This document shows positions 24,592 through 32,000 of a stretch of 32,000 nt of DNA, in pieces. Origin of the DNA: Candidatus Saccharimonadota bacterium (lineage in GTDB: Bacteria > Patescibacteriota > Saccharimonadia > Saccharimonadales > Saccharimonadaceae). Within the stretch, counting starts at the first letter, position 1. Every line of letters begins with the position of its first letter. The stretch covers positions 840,001-872,000 of the forward strand of contig JAIUPJ010000001.1 of assembly GCA_020160975.1 (NCBI GenBank), written 5' to 3'. Below the pieces are notes generated by a model. It did not search any database. It was not told where the DNA came from and was given only the letters and a program-made list of their open reading frames with translations. The translations under genes were made by a program, and so were the position numbers.

Positions 24592-26250
24592 ATAACAAGC
24601 TCCCTGCTTTTAAGTGAAGCTGGGATGCGCGGTGCGCTTGATAGACTACCGTCAACCAACGCTCCAAAAAGTTTAAGTAAATTCTGTAGCTCCGCACCAA
24701 TTCGGAACTGAAACGGAAATTGTCGCCCTCTGGGGCGATTTTTTCGCTTGCGGCGCGTAGCGCCTGCCAGCGGTTTTTCAGGGGGGAGGTTAGAAATTGG
24801 TCGTCATTTATGACGACTTCTTTTTGTCGCATTTTGAGGTTCGACCCGAAGATTTCGAGTAATAGCGACTTTTTGGCTCGTAAATCATCACTCTTGGCGA
24901 CTTTACAGATAGAAACGGCAGTTTCTATCCATGTTTTCATCGGTTCGACCCAGGTCGAAACGCCCAGCGTTGCCTGCTCGATTTGTTCATGCAAAAGTTT
25001 CTTTTTGCCCAATATCTCCGCTCGTTTGTCTTGGTATAGTTCACGCTCTACGTCGCCGTCTAAGTAGCCGTCGAGTAGACGCGCCAGCTTGTCGGACAAC
25101 TGCGCGATAGCTTCTTTATCGTTTCCAGTAATACACTCAAAGTCGGCTTTTTCACTCATCTCGTCGTTACGTATCAGCTCGCGCAGTTTGTCCGCCCATG
25201 CCGTAGGCATGGCATACTTCTGTAATAATGCAGATAGTTGTTTGTCCAGCTCCTCAGCTCTGATGTGCGGCTCTCGACAGACAACCGTCTTACTCTTGCG
25301 AGTGCAGCGGTAATACACATAAGTATGTATGTTGCCGTTCTTTTGCCGCTTTACATGCTTTTCTGCGGTATACATCATGCCGCATGAACAATACACCAAG
25401 CCGCATAGCGGCATTGGGTCATTTGTTTTTGGGTGCGGCTTACCACGCCGCTCTAAAACAACTTGCACTTGGTCAAATAAGCGCTTCGAGATAATGCCTT
25501 TATGCTTGCCCTCATGGACTTCGCCAAGATAGCAAAAATGCCCATAATAAAAGGGATTAGCCAGCATGCGTTTGATACGATTTTTATGATATGGCTTTTT
25601 ACCTGTCGTCTTTTTGCCGTTTACTTTGCCGCTGCGCGTTTGTATGCCTTTGGCATGTAGGAAATCAGCGATCTCATCGAGTCGTTGATCGCCTTTGGCA
25701 TATAACTCAAAAACTTCGCGCACAATTGGGGCAGTTTTCTTGTCTACTTTGGCTGTTTTGGTGCGCAGATCGTTATAATAACCGACTGGCGCAACGCCTG
25801 GCATTTCGCCACGCCGCACTTTCTGCCGTAGTCCACGCTTAGTGTTTACCGACAAATTATCGACATACTGTTTAGATGAATTAAACTCATTTGCCAACAT
25901 ATACTTGCCTTGTGGTGTATTTTCAAACCAAAAATGTGGGAACTTCAAATCAAGCAATACATGCTAATCGAGCATGTAAATAATCTGTCCACTATCTATA
26001 CTATTGCGCGAGAGTCTGTCGGGTAGCCATGCCAGTATTCCGTTTGCCTCACCAGTCGCAATATCAGCCAGCATCTTGTTGAACTTTTTGCGCCCTGGCT
26101 TTTTCGCCGTTTGTTTTTCTACAATTATGCCCGCGATACGCAAGCCCGTACGCCCGGAAAACTCCTTTAGCTCAATTATCTGCGCCGCCACAGATAATAT
26201 TTGCTTGTCCTCTACATCGGTGGCTCGTATATCCTCGGTGATGCTATACT
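24554..26250 (-). pseudogene. Decayed large serine recombinase (paralog of 517-2076)
   Basis: It is colinear with recombinase 1 along its length. There is an in-frame TAG where recombinase 1 has Gln (YMLD*HVLLDLKFP vs YLLDQTHLANLKFP, about 25961-25963). The catalytic YTRKST is replaced by ITEDIRAT, and there is no start codon. Confidence 0.85.
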
Positions 26251-26256
26251 CGAACT

Positions 26257-27174
26257 ATGGCAAAACATCTTTCAATTCTTCTTATCGGTAGTGGCGTCAT
26301 CGGCTCCGTGTATGCTGGTCAGTTTACACTAGAAGGTCATGGCGTTTCGGTTCTGGCGTTTGGAGAGCGTGAACGTAAGCTCGCAAAAGATGGGATTCGA
26401 CTCAAAAACGTACAAACTGGTAAAACAGAGGTTGCTAAGGTACAAGTGGCGGGCACGTCATCAGGCCAGCAGTTCGATCTTGTTATCGTCGCGCTGCGCG
26501 CTAATCAACTGGCGAGTGCTTTCCCGGCATTACGGAAGTTAAAAGGCTCGCCGCATATCGTATTTTTTGGTAACAATCCTGACGGGCATAAGATAATTCC
26601 TAGCGACCTACCCGGTACTGTCCAACTCGCTTTTCCGGGCATCGGCGGCAGTATCGTTGATGATGTTGTTGAGTATATTCCGGTCGATCAGCAGCCAACC
26701 TCGCTCGAAGTATCCGACTCGCCGACAAGCCAAGTAATTCATGACGTCCTAAGCGCGCGAAGGTTTACACTACAAGACATCGCTGATATGGACGGCTGGC
26801 TAGCGCATCACACAGTATTTATCAGTTGTATATCGGTTGCTATTTTGCGCAAGAACGGCCTGCCGGCCGATCTTGCGAATGACCGCGAGGCGATGCGCAC
26901 GCTATGTCGTGCGATCGAGGAAGGCTTCGCTATGTTAAAGGCGCAACACCTTGGCGGTGCACCAAAGAACCTCGTCACACTCCATAGTCGCTGGCTCCGT
27001 CCGATTGCTGTAATGTACTGGAGCAAGCTACTACGCTCACCAAAAGGCGAACTTTATTTTGGTGCTCACGCTCGGCACGCTCCGGATGAAGTCTACCAGC
27101 TGGCTACGTGGACGCTAGCGCGCTGCCCAAAGAATTACGACGCACCACGCCTTAAACATCTATTAGAGCAGTGA
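26257..27174 (+). CDS. Ketopantoate-reductase (ApbA/PanE)-family NAD(P)-binding oxidoreductase
   Basis: It has an N-terminal Rossmann motif LLIGSGVIGSVYAG and the DLVIVALRANQL pattern. The substrate is not inferable. Confidence 0.6.
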   Translation: MAKHLSILLIGSGVIGSVYAGQFTLEGHGVSVLAFGERERKLAKDGIRLKNVQTGKTEVAKVQVAGTSSGQQFDLVIVALRANQLASAFPALRKLKGSPHIVFFGNNPDGHKIIPSDLPGTVQLAFPGIGGSIVDDVVEYIPVDQQPTSLEVSDSPTSQVIHDVLSARRFTLQDIADMDGWLAHHTVFISCISVAILRKNGLPADLANDREAMRTLCRAIEEGFAMLKAQHLGGAPKNLVTLHSRWLRPIAVMYWSKLLRSPKGELYFGAHARHAPDEVYQLATWTLARCPKNYDAPRLKHLLEQ

Positions 27175-27194
27175 TCAGACGTTTAGAGAGGGCG

Positions 27195-27366
27195 CAAAGC
27201 ACGTCGGCTTTAGCCGACTAGAGACACGCAGTCTCTGCCACAAGTGGCAAGGCGGACCACCAGAAACCCCCTTTCAACTAAAAAAGAAATTCCGCGGGGG
27301 AAATCTCAAAATAATGCAAAGGGTTTTTCTGGCGGGGCGAGCGGGCGTGAAACGCTCGCAGGTGTC
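27195..27366 (+). ncRNA. Candidate structured RNA / structured DNA module of arm X (copy 2; copy 1 at about 4530-4700)
   Basis: The module is a series of hairpins shared with copy 1, with compensatory changes: GTCGGC/GCCGAC vs GGCGGC/GCCGCC, and TTCC/GGAA vs TCTC/GAGA. It is intergenic, with a terminator downstream at 27437-27466. It belongs to no RNA family I recognise. Confidence 0.3.
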
Positions 27367-27433
27367 GGGGCTGAGCTTGCGCTTCAGCCCTCACACTCAA
27401 ATTCGGTTCGAACTTGGTCATAAAACTCCACCA
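27367..27433 (+). pseudogene. tRNA-Ala-like remnant at the end of arm X2
   Basis: GGGGCTGAGCTT...GGTTCGAAC...AAACTCCACCA. It is 67 nt and does not fold into a cloverleaf. Confidence 0.35.
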
Positions 27434-27436
27434 AAG

Positions 27437-27466
27437 TAAAAACCAGGCTCTGAGTCTGGTTTTTTA
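27437..27466 (+). terminator. Rho-independent terminator (possibly the original tRNA-Gly terminator)
   Basis: AAAAACCAGGCTC-TGA-GTCTGGTTTTTT: a 7-bp stem flanked by an A-run and a T-run, directly after the last CACCAA junction. Confidence 0.65.
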
Positions 27467-27524
27467 CTTTGACTATTATGATAGCTTGCCTCCATCAAAT
27501 AGTTGGCGTACAGTAGCATAAACA

Positions 27525-28286
27525 ATGACTGTCAGGGAAACAATCGAGGCGAAACAAGCGGGGTGGGATTTTCATCATGCCGACATCGAGGAGCTGGTGC
27601 AGAAAGGTCTCACGCATGGCTATGAGATCGAGAAATTTCCTGAGAGCGTGCAGCGTGCCTTGATGCTGGCTGCCTATGCTCACGAAGGCCAACGTCGCAA
27701 GTTGGCCGACATGCCTTTCTTGGCACATCCATTTGAAACAATGTTGATTGTGGCGGAGGTTCAAGGCATCAATATCGAGACAGTTGGACCAGGCACCGAA
27801 GGAGAGGCAGCGCTTATCATGGCATTGCTTCATGATGTCGATGAGGATTCCGAAGGCAGGGTGGATATAGCTATGATTGAAGCGTTTTTTGACGCACGGA
27901 TTGCAGCGGGAGTAGCGCTCGCAACGAGGGACAAGCAGTTGCCGTTTAGCGCCTACATGGAAAAGGTGCAGTCTTCGCATGACGTCATGGCGCTGCGCGT
28001 CGTAGCGACAGACAAGAGCCATGCGCTAACCTGTAGGATTCAAGAGCTCTACCGGCTTGAATCCGATCCAGTCGACAAATTTAGTGTGACAATCGCTGAA
28101 AAAATGGCGTACTATACGGAGATTTACAATGCGCTGCTCACTACACTTAATCGAAATGATCGAACAATGCTGATGTACCGATCGCTCATCGAAGAGTATG
28201 CGGAGCAGGTCGAGACGATATTGCACATTCCAATCGATCTCAGTAACTTAGGTGCTCACCAAGTAGTCAACAGTGTAGTAAACTAA
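27525..28286 (+). CDS. HD-domain hydrolase, RelA/SpoT-hydrolase-like (small alarmone hydrolase type)
   Basis: AAYAHEGQRRKLADMPFLAHPFETMLIVAE and ALLHDVDEDSE match the HD_4 / (p)ppGpp-hydrolase motifs. Confidence 0.7.
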   Translation: MTVRETIEAKQAGWDFHHADIEELVQKGLTHGYEIEKFPESVQRALMLAAYAHEGQRRKLADMPFLAHPFETMLIVAEVQGINIETVGPGTEGEAALIMALLHDVDEDSEGRVDIAMIEAFFDARIAAGVALATRDKQLPFSAYMEKVQSSHDVMALRVVATDKSHALTCRIQELYRLESDPVDKFSVTIAEKMAYYTEIYNALLTTLNRNDRTMLMYRSLIEEYAEQVETILHIPIDLSNLGAHQVVNSVVN

Positions 28287-29606
28287 GTGTATATGTTTAA
28301 GTCGTATATCCAGAAAAAACTTGAAACAAGAGTCCGACAATACTTTGCGAAGCACCCAGAAGTAAGACTGATAGTAGTGGCTGGGAGTGTCGGCAAGACC
28401 AGCACCAAACGCGCCTTGGGTGATTTGCTGGTGCAGCGCTATAGAGTTCGCATGAACGATGGCAATCTCAATACCGAACTTGGCGTCCCCGTGGCAATAC
28501 TTGGTATCGACTATCCATCGAATCCGCGCAGTATTATGGCGTGGTGGCAAGTGCTGCGAGCGGCAAAATCCCGCGTCAAGAGCCCGACCGATTGCGATGT
28601 GATTATCCAAGAGCTCGGCACTGACCATCCGGGCGATATTGCAAGTTTTGCTCGCTATCTAGCGCCAGACCTCGCGCTTGTTACGGCAGTTACGCCAGAG
28701 CATATGGAGTTTTTTGGGACTATCGAAGCGGTAGCGCAAGAAGAACTATCGGTGGCAGGGTATAGCAAGTTTGTGCTGATCAACCGCGACGATGTTGAGG
28801 GGCGGTTCTCGGAGTTTGCTACCAACCCAAACTTCAGTACCTATGGCACGAGCGGAGCAGCCGAACATCGATTTGAGCAACAGAATTTTGATATCGACAA
28901 AGGCTATCGAGGCAAAATTATTGCGCCGGAATATCCCGAGGCATTTGATGCCACAATTCGCGTGGTTGGCGAGCACAGCCTGAGGCCGATTATTGGTGCA
29001 GTTGCTGCAGCAGCAACAATGGGTCTAACGCCTGCCGAAATTGTAGCAGGGCTGGCACTGGTGCGGCCGGTACCGGGACGCATGAATATCCTAAAAGGCA
29101 TTGGTGGTACGACAATTATCGACGACAGCTACAACTCTAGTCCGGCAGCCGTGGCAGGCGCGCTACAGGCGCTGTACTCGTTTGATTCCGAGGACGTCCC
29201 GCAGCGCATCGCCGTGCTAGGTGATATGCGTGAGCTCGGCGCCACAAGCCAGGTAGAGCACGAAAAGGTGGGTAATCTTTGTGACCCAAATCTTTTGTCG
29301 TGGGTAGTCATGGTTGGGCCTGATATGGAGAAATACGCCGCACCCATCGCTCGGCAACGTGGTTGCCAGGTGTATATCGCCCGGTACGCCATCGAGGCAG
29401 GTGAGTTTGTCCGATCGGTTTCCGAGCCAGGTTCAGTGATTCTTGTCAAAGGCTCGCAAAATACGATTTTTCTCGAAGAGTGCGTCAAAGTACTGTGCGA
29501 CATATCGGAGGATCACGAGTTGGTTCGCCAATCGCCAGAATGGCTTGCCACAAAGGACAAGTATTTTGCGCAGTTTCAGGCCACCATTTCACCACAAGAG
29601 GTATAG
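28287..29606 (+). CDS. murF: UDP-N-acetylmuramoyl-tripeptide--D-alanyl-D-alanine ligase
   Basis: It has the Mur-ligase P-loop VAGSVGKTSTKRAL and the MurF-typical IIDDSYNSSP. The true start may be ATG 28293 rather than GTG 28287. Confidence 0.85.
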   Translation: MYMFKSYIQKKLETRVRQYFAKHPEVRLIVVAGSVGKTSTKRALGDLLVQRYRVRMNDGNLNTELGVPVAILGIDYPSNPRSIMAWWQVLRAAKSRVKSPTDCDVIIQELGTDHPGDIASFARYLAPDLALVTAVTPEHMEFFGTIEAVAQEELSVAGYSKFVLINRDDVEGRFSEFATNPNFSTYGTSGAAEHRFEQQNFDIDKGYRGKIIAPEYPEAFDATIRVVGEHSLRPIIGAVAAAATMGLTPAEIVAGLALVRPVPGRMNILKGIGGTTIIDDSYNSSPAAVAGALQALYSFDSEDVPQRIAVLGDMRELGATSQVEHEKVGNLCDPNLLSWVVMVGPDMEKYAAPIARQRGCQVYIARYAIEAGEFVRSVSEPGSVILVKGSQNTIFLEECVKVLCDISEDHELVRQSPEWLATKDKYFAQFQATISPQEV

Positions 29607-29646
29607 CTCTGGTCGCGCACTCTCACCTCTGGTACAATAGAGGGTA

Positions 29647-32000
29647 ATGAAACGATATAATCCATCTGAAATCGAGCCGAAATGGCAGCAAATCTGGGAC
29701 AACGAGCAGGTCTACAGGGCTGACCTCATGTCGGACAAGCAAAAATACATCGCCATGAGTATGTTCAACTACCCGAGCGGAGCTGGGATTCATATTGGCC
29801 ATGCGATGAATTACACCATCTCTGATGTGATGGCGCGCTACAAGCGCCAAAACGGCTATGAGAGCTACCACCCTGTTGGCTGGGATGCTTTTGGACTGCC
29901 AGCAGAAAACTTTGCTATCAAAAGTGGCGTCTCGCCACAGGCAAGCATGGCCAAAATTATTCCAAGCTACCACAAACAGTACAAAGCCATGGGCTGGAGT
30001 AACGATTGGAGCAAGGAAGTTTCGACGCACTTGCCGATCTATTACAAATGGACACAGTGGATTTTCTCAGAGATGTACCGTGCAGGACTTGCCTACCAAG
30101 AACCACGCATGCAATGGTGGTGCACCAAGTGCCAAACGGTGCTCGCGAATGAGCAAGTAATCGACGGTAAATGTTGGCGCCACGACGCTCCTGATGACCC
30201 GGAAGTCGCCAAAAAAGAAGTCAAACAGTGGTTTTTCAAAGTGACAGAATATGCCGATGAGATGCTCGAAGCCACCGATGCGCTCGACTGGAGCGAGGTA
30301 GTAAAGGCTGCCCAGAAGAACTGGATAGGCAAGAGTGAGGGTGCGGAGGTACAGTTTGAAGTTCTGAGCTCTACTTTCTTAGAGAAAAAGGAGTCTAAAG
30401 ATTCGCTGAAGTTTACCCCAGAGCTGACCAAAATGATCATCGACGGTAGCAAGACGTCCACTATTCGTCTTGAGCCAAAAAATGTAAACGTCGGGGACAC
30501 AGTGGAGCTACTGACGCGCGATGGGGAAAGCGTTGACGCATTTGGATATGCGAAAATTACAAATATTCGCGCCATGAAGCTTGTTGATATTCCTAATGAC
30601 CTGGCAGGTCACGAGCCGCTTAAAGATGATGCAGATAAACTGGCGCGATACCGTGGATATTATACGGACAACGTAACGCTTGAGACTGAATTTACCATTT
30701 ACGACTTTGATAACTTAGAACTCAGATCTCAGAACGTAGAGCTCGATCCCATCACTGTCTTTACCACTCGTCCCGATACCATTTTTGGCGCGACGTTTTT
30801 GGTGCTGGCGCCGGAGCACGAGTTGGTCAAACAAATTGTGACAGATGATGCGCGTGATGTCGTAGAGCAATATGTCAAGGATTCACTGAAAAAGTCAGAA
30901 CTCGAGCGTCAAGAGACTAAAGAAAAGACCGGTGTGCCGACAGGCGCGCATGCCATCAATCCCGCAACGGGCGAGAAAATCCCTATCTGGGTGGCTGACT
31001 ATGTATTGGGTGGCTATGGCACTGGGGCTATCATGGCGGTGCCGGCACACGACGAGCGAGACCGGGAATTTGCGGAGAAGTTTGATTTGCCAGTAGTGCA
31101 AGTTGTGGCCGAAACGCTGCTTGATCAAGAAAATCCGCCTCGTGACGACAAGAAAAATACTCGGCGCAACGTAGCGATGTGCATTATCGACCATCCAACC
31201 GATGGGACGTTTTTGACGCTCAAATGGCATAAGCAACCATGGCATAATTTCGTGATGGGTGGCATCGAAGAAGGCGAGTCGCTCGAGGCCGCCGCGCGCC
31301 GAGAAATCACCGAAGAAACCGGCTATGTCGACATGTCGTTTGTCGAAAGTATGCCAGTCCCCCTCAATAGTAAGTTTTACGCAGCGCATAAAGACGTCAA
31401 CCGCGACATTATCACGCATGTCGTCCGGTTCAAACTCAATAGTCTCGATACGGTTGCGACTGCACGCGAGGAGCATGAGGATTTCGAGCCAATGTGGGTA
31501 GAGAAGTCAGCACTTTCTCAGTTGCAACCAGTCGCCGAGCTCGGGCATATTCTTCGTTGGCTCGACGGTGAAACACCGATTTATCATGGAGAAGGCGTAC
31601 TGGTAAATTCCGGCAAATTCGATGGTATGAGTAGTAGCGAGGCGCGCGAACAGATCGTGGCGTGGCTCGAGCAGCAAGGTGTCGGCAAAGCCAAAATAAC
31701 GTATAAAATCCGAGACTGGAGTGTCAGCCGCCAGCGCTATTGGGGCGCGCCGATTCCGGTCGTTCACTGCGACAAGGATGGTATCGTACTGGTGCCCGAT
31801 GACCTATTGCCAGTGATTTTGCCGGAGCTCGAAGATTTTGCCCCGAGCGGTGATGGTCGCAGCGCCCTGGCGCGCGCGACAGAGTGGCTCAACACGACCT
31901 GCCCAACATGTGGTGGCCCGTCAACCCGCGAGACCGATACGCTCGACACCTACATTTGTAGTAGTTGGTATTTCCTCAGGTATTTCGATGGTGCCAATGA
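29647..32000 (+). CDS. leuS: Leucyl-tRNA synthetase, N-terminal 784 codons (continues beyond the window), with two inserted domains
   Basis: This ORF is not in the ORF track because it has no stop in the window. I translated 29647-32000 codon by codon and found no stop. Motifs seen: YPSGAGIHIGHAMNY (HIGH), GWDAFGLPAEN, TTRPDTIFGATF, AVPAHDERDREFA, RDWSVSRQRYWGAPIP. Confidence 0.92.
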   Translation, partial: MKRYNPSEIEPKWQQIWDNEQVYRADLMSDKQKYIAMSMFNYPSGAGIHIGHAMNYTISDVMARYKRQNGYESYHPVGWDAFGLPAENFAIKSGVSPQASMAKIIPSYHKQYKAMGWSNDWSKEVSTHLPIYYKWTQWIFSEMYRAGLAYQEPRMQWWCTKCQTVLANEQVIDGKCWRHDAPDDPEVAKKEVKQWFFKVTEYADEMLEATDALDWSEVVKAAQKNWIGKSEGAEVQFEVLSSTFLEKKESKDSLKFTPELTKMIIDGSKTSTIRLEPKNVNVGDTVELLTRDGESVDAFGYAKITNIRAMKLVDIPNDLAGHEPLKDDADKLARYRGYYTDNVTLETEFTIYDFDNLELRSQNVELDPITVFTTRPDTIFGATFLVLAPEHELVKQIVTDDARDVVEQYVKDSLKKSELERQETKEKTGVPTGAHAINPATGEKIPIWVADYVLGGYGTGAIMAVPAHDERDREFAEKFDLPVVQVVAETLLDQENPPRDDKKNTRRNVAMCIIDHPTDGTFLTLKWHKQPWHNFVMGGIEEGESLEAAARREITEETGYVDMSFVESMPVPLNSKFYAAHKDVNRDIITHVVRFKLNSLDTVATAREEHEDFEPMWVEKSALSQLQPVAELGHILRWLDGETPIYHGEGVLVNSGKFDGMSSSEAREQIVAWLEQQGVGKAKITYKIRDWSVSRQRYWGAPIPVVHCDKDGIVLVPDDLLPVILPELEDFAPSGDGRSALARATEWLNTTCPTCGGPSTRETDTLDTYICSSWYFLRYFDGAN

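Larger units (their letters stand above)
24695..27434. mobile_element. Remnant of serine-recombinase element 2 (same layout as element 1)
   Basis: The left junction is CCGCACCAA|TTCGGAACTGAAACGGAAATTGTCGCCC-TCTG-GGGCGATTTTTT, which is Y-like. The right junction is an X-like arm ending in CTCCACCAA at 27426-27434. The recombinase is dead. Confidence 0.55.

Noticed and set aside
27367-27433. A possible tmRNA (ssrA): the stretch starts GGGGCTGA and ends CTCCACCA, as tmRNA termini do. The same applies to 4701-4755.
   Set aside because: The two termini are only 55-67 nt apart. No upstream GGGG partner, tag reading frame ending in an Ala-rich peptide, pseudoknot series or T-arm could be folded. 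The order (5' end before CCA) is also wrong for a permuted two-piece gene. A decayed tRNA-Ala-like att arm explains the similarity better. ARAGORN or Infernal should still be run.
27183-27438. A stop-free reading frame running through the whole X2 module to the TAA just after CCACCAAAG.
   Set aside because: There is no plausible start or RBS (the only ATG gives ~41 aa). The homologous copy 1 has stops in the corresponding frame. Substitutions between copies preserve hairpins rather than codons.
27495-28022. A 175-aa minus-strand ORF.
   Set aside because: It lies entirely antisense to the HD-domain gene, which has clear catalytic motifs. It is Cys/His/Arg-rich, as expected for antisense translation.
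29623-31949. Five minus-strand ORFs of 61-193 aa (29623-30030, 30093-30575, 30895-31476, 31507-31767, 31764-31949).
   Set aside because: All lie antisense to the uninterrupted leuS reading frame, which carries unmistakable LeuS motifs. They are shadow ORFs.

Overview
The gene content suggests a small-genome Patescibacteria / Candidatus Saccharibacteria-type chromosome (Gram-positive-style minimal T4SS, murF, leuS), but taxonomy cannot be proven from this window. Recognisable core genes sit only at the edges: a CBS-domain gene plus tRNA-Gly(GCC) at 1-539, and an HD hydrolase, murF and leuS from 27525 onward. The interval from about 535 to 27434 behaves like a tRNA-Gly-anchored accessory island.

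Island contents, left to right:
- A compact element with an intact large serine recombinase and a PEP-utilising-enzyme-like cargo gene. It has two long, near-perfect inverted-repeat pairs that meet at a CACCAA core shared with the tRNA CCA end.
- Two cassette-like units, each carrying an XRE-HTH membrane protein gene.
- An orphan MoaA-like radical SAM gene.
- A seven-gene T4SS block: coupling protein, CHAP hydrolase, split VirB4, PrgI/VirB3-like, VirB6-like and pilin-like genes.
- A TetR-MFS-HxlR efflux operon.
- A replication-relaxation family gene.
- An IS1595-family IS that truncates an AAA_13-type ATPase pseudogene.
- A hydrolase / PII-like / APH-kinase operon.
- A second, decayed copy of the recombinase element.

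Most unusual observations:
- The att-site architecture, including an internal inverted attP-like copy.
- The island-wide array of CACCAA junctions with tRNA-like remnants.
- A conserved structured module with compensatory base changes next to a tRNA-Ala-like arm.
- A leuS gene carrying in-frame ASCH-like and Nudix domain insertions.

No rRNA genes or CRISPR arrays were seen. All functional calls rest on motifs read by eye from the supplied translations; no database search was run.
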